A DNA stretch of 21,839 bases from a bacterium (GTDB lineage: Bacteria > Electryoneota > Electryoneia > Electryoneales > Electryoneaceae): the NCBI GenBank assembly GCA_043801585.1, contig JAZDLX010000117.1, forward strand, positions 1 to 21,839. Reading direction: 5' to 3'. Position 1 is the stretch's first letter, and each line of letters begins with the position of its first letter. The notes under the pieces are model-generated. The model had not been told where the DNA came from and ran no database searches. It saw only the letters and a program-made list of their open reading frames with translations. Shown piece after piece: positions 1 through 9,716 of this stretch. Made by a program: the position numbers and the translations under genes.

Positions 1-1125
1 GATCACCGCCGTCAGCACCCGCGAGAGCATCACCACACGTTCCTGACTCGCCTGTGGACGGAAAACCTTCTGGTAGACATCACGCACCACCGCCGACACC
101 GCCAGGATCAGCAGGCTGTCCGCCGTGGACATCACCGCCGCGAGCACCACCGCGACGAGCAGCGCGGTCAATACCGGAGCGAAGAACTGGTTGGCGAGCA
201 AAGGAAATACCGCTTCCTGGTCGGCAAGTGCGGGGAACAGGACACGGCCCGCCATTCCGGAGAGGATCGCGCCGCCCGAGGTAAACAGGGTAAAAAAGAC
301 CGCGACGAGAGCGCCCGGCACCAGTGCGCGTTCAGACTTGATCGCGATCATTCGCGTGTAGAGCTGCGGACTTCCGAGGTAGCCGAACCCGGGTCCGATA
401 AACCCAATCGCGGTCAGAATGCCCGCCTGTGTAAAACCGTTCATCCCGAAAGCTGTCAACATCGAAGGGTGCGCAACCGCGAGTTTTGAGATCAGAGCGG
501 ATGGGCCTCCGACATCGATAATGGCCACGATCGGCACCAGAATCAGTCCGCCGAGCATCAACAATCCCTGGAAAAGATCCGACCACGCCACCGCCCGGAA
601 ACCGCCCATCGTTGTGTACAGCAGCACGATGACAACCCCCAGGGTCGCGCCCGTTTTGAAATCGAAACCGAGAAAATCCCGGAATGCCTTTCCGGTGGCG
701 GTGAGTTGGGCGCTCAGGTAGGCGATGACCATGGTGATGATCACGATGGCGGAGAGCCAGCGCAGTAGATGGCGGACGTCCCCGAACCGGCTTTCGAGGT
801 AATCCGGGATGGTAATCGAACCGTACCGGTCCGTGGCACGTTTGAACGGCCGCGCCACGTACATCCACGACATTGATTCGCCCATCATCTGCCCGAGCAT
901 CACCCAGAAGGCGTTGACACCCACAGCCCAGCCCATCCCGGTCAGGCCCAGCAGCAGCCAGCCAGATTCACCCGTCGCCCGGCTCGAGAACGCCGATACC
1001 CAGAATCCCAACCCTTTTCCGGCGACGTAGAAATCCTCGACGCTTTTCGTTCTCCTGCTGGCGACAATACCCAGCACGAGAAGGACCGCCAGGTACGCGG
1101 TTACGATAATCACCATGATCGTCAT
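1..1125 (-). CDS. putP: Sodium:solute symporter (SSS family), sodium/proline symporter PutP-like; 3' end runs off the window
   Basis: Not in the ORF track because it is open at the edge. Manual translation from ATG 1125 gives MTIMVIIVTAYLAVLLVLGIVASRRTKSVEDFYVAGKGLGFWVSAFSSRATGESGWLLLGLTG...TIPDYLESRF...YTTMGGFRAVAWSDLFQG...GYLGSPQ...LAAVMSTADS, which carries classic SSS/PutP motifs. RBS GAAGGGGGAG lies upstream. Proline specificity is inferred from motif similarity only. Confidence 0.85.
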   Translation of the reverse strand, partial: MTIMVIIVTAYLAVLLVLGIVASRRTKSVEDFYVAGKGLGFWVSAFSSRATGESGWLLLGLTGMGWAVGVNAFWVMLGQMMGESMSWMYVARPFKRATDRYGSITIPDYLESRFGDVRHLLRWLSAIVIITMVIAYLSAQLTATGKAFRDFLGFDFKTGATLGVVIVLLYTTMGGFRAVAWSDLFQGLLMLGGLILVPIVAIIDVGGPSALISKLAVAHPSMLTAFGMNGFTQAGILTAIGFIGPGFGYLGSPQLYTRMIAIKSERALVPGALVAVFFTLFTSGGAILSGMAGRVLFPALADQEAVFPLLANQFFAPVLTALLVAVVLAAVMSTADSLLILAVSAVVRDVYQKVFRPQASQERVVMLSRVLTAVI

Positions 1126-1223
1126 CGTCGCTCCCCCTTCCGGTTCCGCAGGTAGTAGATCACTACCCAGACAACCCAGGGGACGGATGCGAACAGGATC
1201 AGTGCGACGGCGCCAGCGGTCAT
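1122..1223 (-). CDS. Small (33 aa) single-pass membrane protein, putative symporter accessory subunit
   Basis: ATG at 1223 follows GAGAGG. Translation: MTAGAVALILFASVPWVVWVVIYYLRNRKGERR*. Hydrophobic helix plus basic tail. Its TGA overlaps the symporter ATG (ATGA). Confidence 0.7.
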   Translation of the reverse strand: MTAGAVALILFASVPWVVWVVIYYLRNRKGERR

Positions 1224-1486
1224 TGGGAACCTCTCGAAACAGGATTCTTCCGCAATGGTGTCCAAGGTAGAAATGGAACCATCCGGATGCCACCATTTCG
1301 CGGAAAAGCATTTTTACGGTGGTCAGGGATGGTCTCTCCTGCCGCAGGATTTATTTCGAGCTCGGGCTGCAACTGATGCTGCGTCCTTGACCAATCTCTT
1401 CGTCGCAGACCGAGAGAGCGTTGCGTCGGCAATGGTTCGAGTGTACGTTTGCGCAGCATTCTGCCCAATCAGCCTGGGAGAGGGTC

Positions 1487-2383
1487 ATGGCCACTGCCGA
1501 CTACCCCATCGAACTGCCCCTGCGGAAAATCAACAGCGGAAAAGTGCGGGAGATTTACGATGCCGGGGATGGAAACATCCTGATCGTCACCAGCGATCGC
1601 CTTTCCGCATTTGACGTGATCATGAACGATCCGATTCCGGGGAAAGGCCTCGTGCTCAACCGGATGTCGCTGTTCTGGTACGACTGGTTCGCGGACCGTA
1701 TCCCCAATGCCCTGCTCGAACGCGATCCGGCGAAAATGGAGTGCCTCAAAGATGTCGACAGCGGTACTCTCGAGGCGTTGCAGGGACGAACGGTGCTGAT
1801 GCGCCGAGCCCATGTTTTTCCCGTGGAATGCATCATCCGTGGGTACATCATCGGGTCGGGGTGGAAGGATTACCTGAGCACGGGGAGCATCTGTGGCATT
1901 CGGTTGCCGGTGGGCCTTCGCATGGCGGACAAACTGCCCGAACCGCTGTTTACTCCCTCCACGAAAGCGGTGGAGGGCCATGACGAGAACATCTCTTTTG
2001 CCCAGGTTGTGGAGTTGATCGGCAGGGAGCGTGCCACGGCGATCCGGGACAACGCCCTGACACTGTACGGTGAGGCGGCGGAATACGCACGATCCCGTGG
2101 GATCATCATCGCCGACACGAAGTTCGAATTCGGCCTGCTCGGCGGCCAGGTGGTGCTCATCGACGAGGTACTGACTCCGGATTCCTCGCGCTTTTGGCCG
2201 GCGGAGAGGGTTGTTCCCGGCGAGAATCCTCCCAGTTACGACAAGCAGATCGTCCGTGATTGGCTGGAAAACAGCGGGTGGGACAAAACGCCGCCACCGC
2301 TGAAACTCCCGCCGGAAATCATCGAAAAAACCTCAGCGGCCTACCGTGATATTTTCCAGAAACTGACCGGTGAGAGTTTTTGA
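1487..2383 (+). CDS. purC: Phosphoribosylaminoimidazole-succinocarboxamide (SAICAR) synthase
   Basis: Motifs SGKVREIY, SDRLSAFD, IPGKG, PVECIIRGY, FTPSTKA..GHDENI, IIADTKFEFG, DEVLTPDSSRFW, SYDKQ. Start moved to ATG 1487, which follows the RBS GGGAGAGG. Confidence 0.97.
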   Translation: MATADYPIELPLRKINSGKVREIYDAGDGNILIVTSDRLSAFDVIMNDPIPGKGLVLNRMSLFWYDWFADRIPNALLERDPAKMECLKDVDSGTLEALQGRTVLMRRAHVFPVECIIRGYIIGSGWKDYLSTGSICGIRLPVGLRMADKLPEPLFTPSTKAVEGHDENISFAQVVELIGRERATAIRDNALTLYGEAAEYARSRGIIIADTKFEFGLLGGQVVLIDEVLTPDSSRFWPAERVVPGENPPSYDKQIVRDWLENSGWDKTPPPLKLPPEIIEKTSAAYRDIFQKLTGESF

Positions 2384-2395
2384 TATAGGATCAAG

Positions 2396-2497
2396 AAATT
2401 AAAAAGGGGACACGTACCTTTTAATTTCTGTTATGCATTCTTCAGTATTTCAAGCCTCAGCAAGGAAATTAAAAGGTACGTGTCCCCTTTTTAATTT
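2396..2497. repeat. Perfect 33-bp inverted repeat with 36-bp spacer; each arm is itself a hairpin (REP/REPIN-like); may also terminate purC
   Basis: 2396-2428 AAATTAAAAAGGGGACACGTACCTTTTAATTTC is the exact reverse complement of 2465-2497. Confidence 0.9.
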
Positions 2498-2565
2498 TGA
2501 GCTGTGTCGTCATCGCAACGCCGAGCCGTAGCCGTTTTCCCACGGTGTGCGAACCTTGCGAAGAT

Positions 2566-2594
2566 TTGTGAATGCTGAGTGCAACGACTAAATT
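2566..2594 (+). promoter_or_regulatory. Possible sigma70-type promoter for the CsgG-like/GNAT genes
   Basis: TTGTGA-N17-TAAATT, about 125 bp upstream of ATG 2720. Consensus match only. Confidence 0.3.
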
Positions 2595-2719
2595 CTTGAT
2601 ATTCCTGTCTGAAGCGGCTGACTCTCACAGGGGAAAGCCGCTTTACAGCGAGAGGCAGGCATCTTGCAGGGATACCGTCGGATGGACACAATGCGTGGGG
2701 GGAACTGGAGGTGGGGTCC

Positions 2720-3928
2720 ATGCGGAGGGGATGGATTGCGTTCGCATTGGTGTATCTCCTGGTGTCATCAGCGTTTGCGCAGACTGTTGATGCCCGGGAG
2801 GATCACACACGGATGCAGATCGCACTGATCGAACTGGAAGTGAGCGGCGGGCTTGACAGCTCGCTGGCACGTCCTCTGAGTGACCGGCTGCGTCAGGAAC
2901 TCTTTAAAACTGGAGTATTTAAAGTTGTTGAGCGGAATGTGATGGAGGATGTGCTCGAGGAACAGAGCCTCCATCTCGCAGGGTGCACCTCGAACGAATG
3001 CGCCATTGAAGTAGGGCGGATTCTCGGCGTTCAGCAGATTGTTGCGGGTTCCGTAAGCCGAGTGGGGATCTTTCTGTCCATCAACGCCCGCCTGATCAAC
3101 GTGGAAACCACTGAAGTCACTGCCGCGGAATCCATTGACTGCGACTGCGCCATCGAGGATGTACTCACCCACCGTCTGCGTGAACTTGCTGTAAAATTGG
3201 CAGTTGCAGTGTCACAACCCGAAAATAATCAACAGGTTAAAAACGTCGATGTCATACCCCAGGATACATCGGGGTCCGCACCCCCTTCCGAGCGAAAAGG
3301 AACGAAGGACAGAGACGACTGGTATCAAGCGGAATTTCCGCCCGCTGTCCATCGTGCCGGGAGTAAAGCCGCCGTGTGGATGGAGAGGAGTGGAATCGCT
3401 GCGGTCGGCTTTCATTTCGGGTGGACGATCACACCTGTGGAGGGCGCACAGTGGGTTGGAAGCCTGGGAAACGGGCTGGTCATCCAGTTTCCCGCAACTC
3501 GTCAGCTCGGTTGGTTTCATCCGGAGATCCAACTCGCCGGTGGCACGATGCAGAAGGAGCATGAAGGGCATACCAACACAGTGACGATATCCGGCGTCTA
3601 TTTTCGAGCCTACCGTTTCTGCCCGAAACAGCGAAACGAATCCGGTTTTTACTGGGGAGCAGGGATGGGCCTGCTGAGACGGTCGGAACAGGAAGAACAG
3701 AGTTCGACAGCTACAATTCAGGGCTATTCCTACTCTTCCGTACGAGGAGAAATTGGCCTGGAGGTCTTTGTCGGGAGTCAATTCGATCTGGACTGGGACG
3801 TCGGCGGGCGCAAATTGTTTACCTTTCTTGAGCTGCGGACCGAGGTGACACCCATTGGCGATTCGCCGTTGGTTCGTGTGAGCGTGCAGTCGGGACTCGG
3901 CTGGAAACTCGATACTTTCACACGGTGA
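2720..3928 (+). CDS. Exported protein: signal peptide, CsgG/HfaB/FlgT-like N-terminal domain, probable outer-membrane beta-barrel C-terminus
   Basis: Signal peptide MRRGWIAFALVYLLVSSAFA/Q. The N-domain has LSDRLRQEL..TGVFKVVERNVM..VLEEQ..GC...CAIEVGRILGV..IVAGSV..INARLINVET, typical of the CsgG-like fold. The C-terminal part has alternating amphipathic strands (GFYWGAGMG, GLEVFVG, VSVQSGLGWKL). RBS GGAGG lies 8 nt before ATG 2720. Confidence 0.7.
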   Translation: MRRGWIAFALVYLLVSSAFAQTVDAREDHTRMQIALIELEVSGGLDSSLARPLSDRLRQELFKTGVFKVVERNVMEDVLEEQSLHLAGCTSNECAIEVGRILGVQQIVAGSVSRVGIFLSINARLINVETTEVTAAESIDCDCAIEDVLTHRLRELAVKLAVAVSQPENNQQVKNVDVIPQDTSGSAPPSERKGTKDRDDWYQAEFPPAVHRAGSKAAVWMERSGIAAVGFHFGWTITPVEGAQWVGSLGNGLVIQFPATRQLGWFHPEIQLAGGTMQKEHEGHTNTVTISGVYFRAYRFCPKQRNESGFYWGAGMGLLRRSEQEEQSSTATIQGYSYSSVRGEIGLEVFVGSQFDLDWDVGGRKLFTFLELRTEVTPIGDSPLVRVSVQSGLGWKLDTFTR

Positions 3929-3947
3929 TGGGGGGCTGACAGGCCCG

Positions 3948-4664
3948 ATGGACGATCCCAAAAAGACATCTTCAACCGAACCACTTCCACATCAAACCCT
4001 GGAAGCGCTGGCGAAAACTATTTTTCGCCAGGCCCAGCAGTATGGATTCAGCAAGCAGGATTGGGTGCGTCTCGTCAATCTGCTGCTTGACCTGGGAATG
4101 GAACGGTCCGGAGTGTACACACCTCCTCCGACTCAGGACATTTCCTCCGCCGAATCCCCCAGACCGGAACCTCCCGGCGATCTCACCGTACGGATTTACA
4201 CCCCCGACGATTACGACATGTTGAACACATGGGTGATCGAAGCGGATGGCAAGAATTTCCTTGCGACGAGAACCGATACGTTGCGCCAGGACACCCTTGA
4301 GGGTGTGCTCGCGGATGAGTCGAGTGTTGTCGGAATTATCCTGCTGGACGGCCGTCCGGTCGGTGCGCTGGCGTTCCTCAACATCGATCGCGAACAGGGA
4401 AAAGCGGAAATGCGCAAGCTGATCGCCGATCCCGGCGTTCGTGGAAAGGGATATGCCCGGAAAGCCACTCAGTACTGGATTGAGTACGGCGTGAGCACTC
4501 TGGGGTTGAGAAAAATCTACCTGCACACTCTGGATACCAACCTGGCAAACATCAAACTGAACGAACAACTGGGGTTCCGTGTAGAGGGACTGCTCCGAGA
4601 TGAGGTGAAAATCGATGGTGTCTACCACGATGTACTTCGAATGAGCCTGATCCTTCCACACTGA
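3948..4664 (+). CDS. GNAT N-acetyltransferase (RimJ/RimL/SpeG-like) with an extra N-terminal helical domain
   Basis: RGKGYA acetyl-CoA motif; LGLRKIYL...N.ANIKLNEQLGFRVEGLLRDEV.IDG.Y.DV.RMSL is the characteristic RimJ/RimL-type C-terminus. Confidence 0.85.
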   Translation: MDDPKKTSSTEPLPHQTLEALAKTIFRQAQQYGFSKQDWVRLVNLLLDLGMERSGVYTPPPTQDISSAESPRPEPPGDLTVRIYTPDDYDMLNTWVIEADGKNFLATRTDTLRQDTLEGVLADESSVVGIILLDGRPVGALAFLNIDREQGKAEMRKLIADPGVRGKGYARKATQYWIEYGVSTLGLRKIYLHTLDTNLANIKLNEQLGFRVEGLLRDEVKIDGVYHDVLRMSLILPH

Positions 4665-4751
4665 GAGTCTCTCCGCTGCCGTTCAGTGATCCCACGGAGC
4701 CTGCTGAAAAACCTATACTCGAAAACGATGATTGGAACGGGGCAGGAGAAG

Positions 4752-5243
4752 ATGGCAGACACTCCGGGCATTGTCGTCCGTGAAACCACCGGGGAGGATC
4801 AGGAGTTCATCCTGAGGGTGATGCGGGAGCAGTGGGGATCGGACAAAGTCGTGACACGAGGCCGGGTCCATATCCCCGCGAAACTTCCCGGTCTGATCGC
4901 CGAGATTGATGGCGAATCGGTCGGTTTGATCACTTACGATATTTACGGCCGCGAATGCGAACTGATCACGATGAACGCTTTAAAATCGGGGTTGGGGATT
5001 GGAAGCGCCCTGCTTGGGACACTTGCTGAAATCGCACGGGATCACAACTGCCGTGGTATCTGGTTGATCACTACGAATGACAACGTGGACGCCATGCGAT
5101 TCTACCAGCGCAAAGGGTTCTATTTTGTCGCGGTCCACCGTGACGCCATCAAGTATTCCCGGAAGCTGAAACCGGAGATCCCGGAAATCGGCAACCACGG
5201 CATCCCGATTCGGGACGAAATTGAATTGGTAATGCCTCTCTGA
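4752..5243 (+). CDS. GNAT N-acetyltransferase
   Basis: Motifs GLGIGSALL and [21 protein letters not shown], with C-terminal [19 protein letters not shown]. Start placed at ATG 4752 after CAGGAG. Confidence 0.88.
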   Translation: MADTPGIVVRETTGEDQEFILRVMREQWGSDKVVTRGRVHIPAKLPGLIAEIDGESVGLITYDIYGRECELITMNALKSGLGIGSALLGTLAEIARDHNCRGIWLITTNDNVDAMRFYQRKGFYFVAVHRDAIKYSRKLKPEIPEIGNHGIPIRDEIELVMPL

Positions 5244-5290
5244 ACGACTATTCCACCGGACGATCCGGTGTTCAAAAAGACGGGAAAGAC

Positions 5291-8200
5291 ATGGGTTTCC
5301 TCGAATTACTGTTTGGCAACCGGCACGAGCGTGCGTCACGCAAAGTCCAGCCCCTCGTGGATGAAACCATCCGGGTTTACGAAACTCTGCATGACCTGTC
5401 CGATGATGAGTTACGTGGCAAAACGGACGAGTTTCGCGGACGCATCGCCGACAGCATGAAGGATTTCGACCGGTACAGCGGGATTGAAAAGAGCGATCCC
5501 GAGCGGGAGAAGAAGGCGACCAAGGCGGAAGTCGAGGCGCTGGATGGAATTCTTAATGAAATTCTACCAGAAGCCTTCGCCGTGGTCAAAGAGACCTGCC
5601 GCAGGCTGACCGAACGAAAACATACATTTACGGCCGCCGAAACCGAGATGGTCTGGGACATGATTCCCTATGACGTCCAGCTTGTCGGCGGAATCATGCT
5701 GCATCAAGGAAAAATCGCGGAAATGGCGACAGGTGAAGGTAAGACCCTCGTCGCCACAATGCCGATGTACCTCAACGCCCTGGCCGGCCGTGGCGCCCAT
5801 CTGGTCACGGTAAACGATTACCTCGCCCGCCGTGACGCCGAGTGGATGGGACAGGTCTATCAATTCCTTGGCCTGAGCGTTGGAGTGATCCTCTCCCAGA
5901 TGCCGCCGCACGTTAGGAAAGAGCACTACGCTGCCGATATAACCTATGGGACCAATAACGAATTCGGTTTCGACTACCTGCGGGACAACATGTCCGTGGA
6001 GGTCGACCACCTGGTCCAGCGGGGTCACCATTTTGCGATCGTCGACGAGGTGGACAGCGTTCTAGTCGACGAGGCACGGACGCCGTTGATCATCGCCGGT
6101 CCAGTTCCCCGCAGCAGCGAGGGGGATTTCGTTCTGTGGAATCCCAGCGTCAAAAAGCTCGTTCAACACCAACGTGAAAGTATCGTCAGTCTGGTCAATG
6201 AAGCGGAAAAGATCCTCAAGGAATTCGAGGAGGACGGTGACCGGGAGAAGGAATTCCGCGCTGGTGTGATGCTCTACCAGGCAAATCGGGCCGCACCCAA
6301 GCACAAGCGGGTGATGAAAGCCTTGAACGAGCAGGGACGCAAAACCCTCGTGCAGTCCGTCGAAGACCGCTTCATTCAGGAAAAGCGGCAGAATGAGCTG
6401 GACGAGGACCTGTACTTCGTGATCGACGAGAAGGGCCACACGATTGACCTCACGGACAAGGGCCGTGAGGAACTCGCGCGGATCGAAGGGGTGGGAATGG
6501 ACCTCTTCATTCTGCCGGACCTGGCGGATCTCTTCGTCGAAATCGATGCCGACCCCGGCCTCACCGACACTCAGAAGGCGGAGAAGAAAGCCGCCGCCGA
6601 AGAGGATCTGGCGAACCGTAGTGGAATCATCCACACGATCAACCAGCTCCTGCGCGCATGGTCGCTCTACGAGAAGGACGATGAGTACGTCATCGAGACC
6701 GGCAAAGTCCAGATCGTGGACGAGTTCACCGGGCGCATCATGTACGGCAGGCGGTACTCAGACGGCCTTCACCAGGCAATCGAAGCGAAAGAAGGGGTGC
6801 GTGTCGAAGCGGAAACTCAGACCATCGCCACGATTACCCTTCAGAACTATTTCCGGCTCTATGGCAAGCTCGCCGGCATGACCGGCACCGCGGAAACCGA
6901 GGAGGAGGAGTTCTTCAAGATCTACTCGATGGAGGTCGGGGTAATTCCCACCAACCGCCCCATCACCCGTTATGATCTTGAGGACGAGATCTACCGGACA
7001 AAACGGGAAAAGTACACGGCGATCATCGAGGAAATCGTGCGCCTGCACGAGCTGGGGCTTCCCATCCTCGTCGGCACCACGAGTGTGGACGTTTCGGAGG
7101 TGATCGCAAGGACCCTCTCGGCCCGCACGGTCAACGGCATGAAACTGCGCGACAGGATCAACGTCCTGAACGCCAAGCAGCATCAGCGTGAGGCGGAGAT
7201 CGTCGCTCAGGCCGGCCGCCCCGGTACGATCACCATCGCGACGAACATGGCAGGCCGAGGCACCGACATCAAGATCACCCCGGAGGTGCGGGATGCCCAC
7301 GGCGAGAACGGGATCATCACCGCCAGGCTGAAGGCGGACCCCGGGCTTCGCGAGCGGCATATCGAACAGTTCGGCATCGACCCCTCGGATCCGGAGCAAC
7401 AGTCGGGCGGCCTGCAGATCGTCGGCACCGAGCGGCACGAGGCGCGGCGCATTGACCGTCAACTCCGAGGCCGAAGCGGCCGCCAGGGCGACCCGGGCCA
7501 AAGCAAGTTCTTCCTCTCGCTCGAGGATGATCTGATGCGCCTGTTCAGCGGTGAACGGGTCTCGAAGATCATGGACCGTCTCGGTCTGCAGGAAGGCGAG
7601 GTGATCACCCACCGGATGGTCACCAACGCCATCAGCCGGGCGCAGAAACGGGTGGAGCAGCACAACTTCTCGATCCGCGAGCATCTGCTCAAGTACGATG
7701 ATGTCATGAACGTTCAGCGTGAGGTTGTCTACTCACGCCGGCGCGCCGCCCTGACCGGCGATATTGACGAGGAGGTGAACGCGCTCCTCGAGGAATTCGC
7801 GGCGGTAACGGTCGACAAACACTGCGAAGTACGAACCTCGCCCCTCGAATGGGATTGGGAGGGGTTGCGCAATACGGTATTGCGCACGCTTCGTGTGGAT
7901 GTGCATTTTAATGATGACGAGATTGAGACGGTCGATCTCGAGGCGCTTGAAGACAGGATCCTTGAAAACGCGCGTGAGGTTCTGGCACGAAGGAAGGAAG
8001 AGCTGGGGGAGGAAATCTACGAGAAAGTCCTCCGGTATTCCGTACTGCGTGTCGTGGATCAGCAGTGGATGGATCACCTTTACGAGATGGATCGTCTCAA
8101 GGAGGGGATCGGGCTGCGCTCCTACGCTCAGCGTGATCCGCTGATCGAATACAAGCGGGAAGGGCTGGAAGCCTTCGAGGAGATGCTGGCACGTGTCGCC

Positions 8201-8491
8201 GAGCAGAGTCTGAGGATGGTGACGACCGCGCAGGTCAACGTCACCGCCCAGCGTGGTCCGATCGCACGAGGCCAGGAGATCAAGCGCGACGCTGCGGAAG
8301 CGGCGAGGGTTCAGGCTCAGCAACCCGCGGGTGTCGTGGACCGCGCACTCGGGGGTGTCAGACCCCAGCAGCGCCGGGAAGCTGTGGCGGGAGCGCCTCA
8401 GCCGGTGGTGCGGGATCAACCGAAGGTTGGCAGAAATGACCCCTGCCCCTGCGGCAGCGGGAAGAAGTATAAGCATTGTCACGGCAGGTAA
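5291..8491 (+). CDS. secA: Preprotein translocase subunit SecA with C-terminal SEC-C zinc motif
   Basis: Motifs [11 protein letters not shown] (Walker A), [101 protein letters not shown]. Confidence 0.99.
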   Translation: MGFLELLFGNRHERASRKVQPLVDETIRVYETLHDLSDDELRGKTDEFRGRIADSMKDFDRYSGIEKSDPEREKKATKAEVEALDGILNEILPEAFAVVKETCRRLTERKHTFTAAETEMVWDMIPYDVQLVGGIMLHQGKIAEMATGEGKTLVATMPMYLNALAGRGAHLVTVNDYLARRDAEWMGQVYQFLGLSVGVILSQMPPHVRKEHYAADITYGTNNEFGFDYLRDNMSVEVDHLVQRGHHFAIVDEVDSVLVDEARTPLIIAGPVPRSSEGDFVLWNPSVKKLVQHQRESIVSLVNEAEKILKEFEEDGDREKEFRAGVMLYQANRAAPKHKRVMKALNEQGRKTLVQSVEDRFIQEKRQNELDEDLYFVIDEKGHTIDLTDKGREELARIEGVGMDLFILPDLADLFVEIDADPGLTDTQKAEKKAAAEEDLANRSGIIHTINQLLRAWSLYEKDDEYVIETGKVQIVDEFTGRIMYGRRYSDGLHQAIEAKEGVRVEAETQTIATITLQNYFRLYGKLAGMTGTAETEEEEFFKIYSMEVGVIPTNRPITRYDLEDEIYRTKREKYTAIIEEIVRLHELGLPILVGTTSVDVSEVIARTLSARTVNGMKLRDRINVLNAKQHQREAEIVAQAGRPGTITIATNMAGRGTDIKITPEVRDAHGENGIITARLKADPGLRERHIEQFGIDPSDPEQQSGGLQIVGTERHEARRIDRQLRGRSGRQGDPGQSKFFLSLEDDLMRLFSGERVSKIMDRLGLQEGEVITHRMVTNAISRAQKRVEQHNFSIREHLLKYDDVMNVQREVVYSRRRAALTGDIDEEVNALLEEFAAVTVDKHCEVRTSPLEWDWEGLRNTVLRTLRVDVHFNDDEIETVDLEALEDRILENAREVLARRKEELGEEIYEKVLRYSVLRVVDQQWMDHLYEMDRLKEGIGLRSYAQRDPLIEYKREGLEAFEEMLARVAEQSLRMVTTAQVNVTAQRGPIARGQEIKRDAAEAARVQAQQPAGVVDRALGGVRPQQRREAVAGAPQPVVRDQPKVGRNDPCPCGSGKKYKHCHGR

Positions 8492-8497
8492 TCGGTA

Positions 8498-8989
8498 ATG
8501 AGGGAAGACGAAACCTTCACCCCTCAGCGGGTTGTTGGACTGGCGATGCACCTTCTGCGTGAAATTCGCGCTCAGCGGCTCGCTCTGGATGATATTGAAG
8601 AATTGAGCGACGAGCTGCGCGGCCAGGGCTACAGCGATTCCGAAATCAGCGCAGCCTTCGACTGGGTGTATGACCGTGTGGACGGAATCAATCCCTCCGA
8701 GGTGATTTATCGTGCGGACGCCGGACGCAGCTCTTTCCGTGTACTGCACCCGGCGGAACGCGCGGTTATTTCTGCTCCCGCCTATGGGCAGCTTCTCGAG
8801 ATGCACAACCTGCGGATGCTTGACCTCGAGGACATCGAACGGATCATCGACCGCGCCCTCGCCATCGGAGGCCCGATGAGCGCCGAGGATCTGCGGACGC
8901 TGGTCCACTCCTACCTGTTCGAGGAGGGTACCCAGGCTTCCACGCGCGGGGTCATGCAGATGACCGCCCCGTCAAAGACGGTGCACTGA
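8498..8989 (+). CDS. DUF494 / Smg family protein
   Basis: Motifs L...GYS.SEISAAFDW and SFRVLHPAE...IS..AYG.LL....L; C-terminal 'TVH'. Starts 6 nt after the secA stop. Confidence 0.8.
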   Translation: MREDETFTPQRVVGLAMHLLREIRAQRLALDDIEELSDELRGQGYSDSEISAAFDWVYDRVDGINPSEVIYRADAGRSSFRVLHPAERAVISAPAYGQLLEMHNLRMLDLEDIERIIDRALAIGGPMSAEDLRTLVHSYLFEEGTQASTRGVMQMTAPSKTVH

Positions 8990-9044
8990 AACACGGTCGA
9001 ATCGTTTGAACTGAAGCGACAACTTCTTGTGGGATAGAATTGCA

Positions 9045-9072
9045 AGCCGGGTTCTTCGAGCCCGGCTCTTTT
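9045..9072 (+). terminator. Intrinsic terminator after secA-DUF494, lying between convergent genes
   Basis: Stem-loop AGCCGGGTTC-TTC-GAGCCCGGCT followed by CTTTT. Confidence 0.7.
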
Positions 9073-9085
9073 CCGGCTTACACTG

Positions 9086-9568
9086 TCAACTTTCGCTGTT
9101 CACTTCCGGTGGTTCATACCCGCGGTCGTCCTGAATCCGCGACATGATCGTCTGGGGTTCGCCAAAAACTTCAAAGCCGAATTTGTGGAAAAGTTCGTGC
9201 TGCTGATGGGTGCGGAGCATCCAACGCCTGACACGTTTGAGGTCGGGATGTTCCAGCATGCACTGGATCATCCACGAGCCGTGTCCCTTCCCCCGATACT
9301 CCTCGATGATAAACATGTCGAGCACGTAAGCAAGGATGCTGTGATCGGTGATCACGCGTGAAAAGCCGATTTGTTTCTTGCCTTGATACAGGCCGAAACA
9401 GATGGAATGACGGATGGCCCTCTCGATCCGTGAGCGTTTGATCCCTTTGGACCAGTAGGCTTCGTCCGAGAGAAACCGCCAGATCAGGTCGATATCCAGC
9501 AGCCCCCTGTCGGTGCTGATCCTGAATTCGTCCCGAAAGCGTTCATAGATTTCCTGCGTAGCAAGCAA
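9086..9568 (-). CDS. GNAT N-acetyltransferase
   Basis: Motifs ISTD..LLD.D.I..FLS..AYW..G....I.RAI.HS.CFGLY...QIGF.RVITD...AY..D.FI.EEYRGKG.G..LRT. Start placed at TTG 9568 after a strong GGAGGAG; the ORF track extends to 9613. Confidence 0.87.
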   Translation of the reverse strand: MLATQEIYERFRDEFRISTDRGLLDIDLIWRFLSDEAYWSKGIKRSRIERAIRHSICFGLYQGKKQIGFSRVITDHSILAYVLDMFIIEEYRGKGHGSWMIQCMLEHPDLKRVRRWMLRTHQQHELFHKFGFEVFGEPQTIMSRIQDDRGYEPPEVNSES

Positions 9569-9716
9569 CGGCTTATTCTCCTCCGTGAGGTTACTGGAAA
9601 AAAAGCGATTCAATCAGGGATTCTGCAACGGTTCCTGGCATGTTAAACGCGTTCCATTTGTCTCCACGAGTGCTGATTCATTTGGCTGGATAGTTACGAG
9701 TGAAGACAGGATACCT

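Noticed and set aside
1224..1486. ZMP/ZTP or purine riboswitch upstream of purC (GCCTGGG near the RBS)
   Set aside because: The required 5' GACUGGCG/P1-P2 elements were not found; the match is only a short coincidence.
2396..2497. Mini CRISPR array (33-nt repeat, 36-nt spacer)
   Set aside because: The two units are inverted rather than direct, there are only two, and no cas genes are present.
6758..8908. Long minus-strand ORFs (308 aa and 391 aa)
   Set aside because: These are antisense shadows of secA and DUF494.
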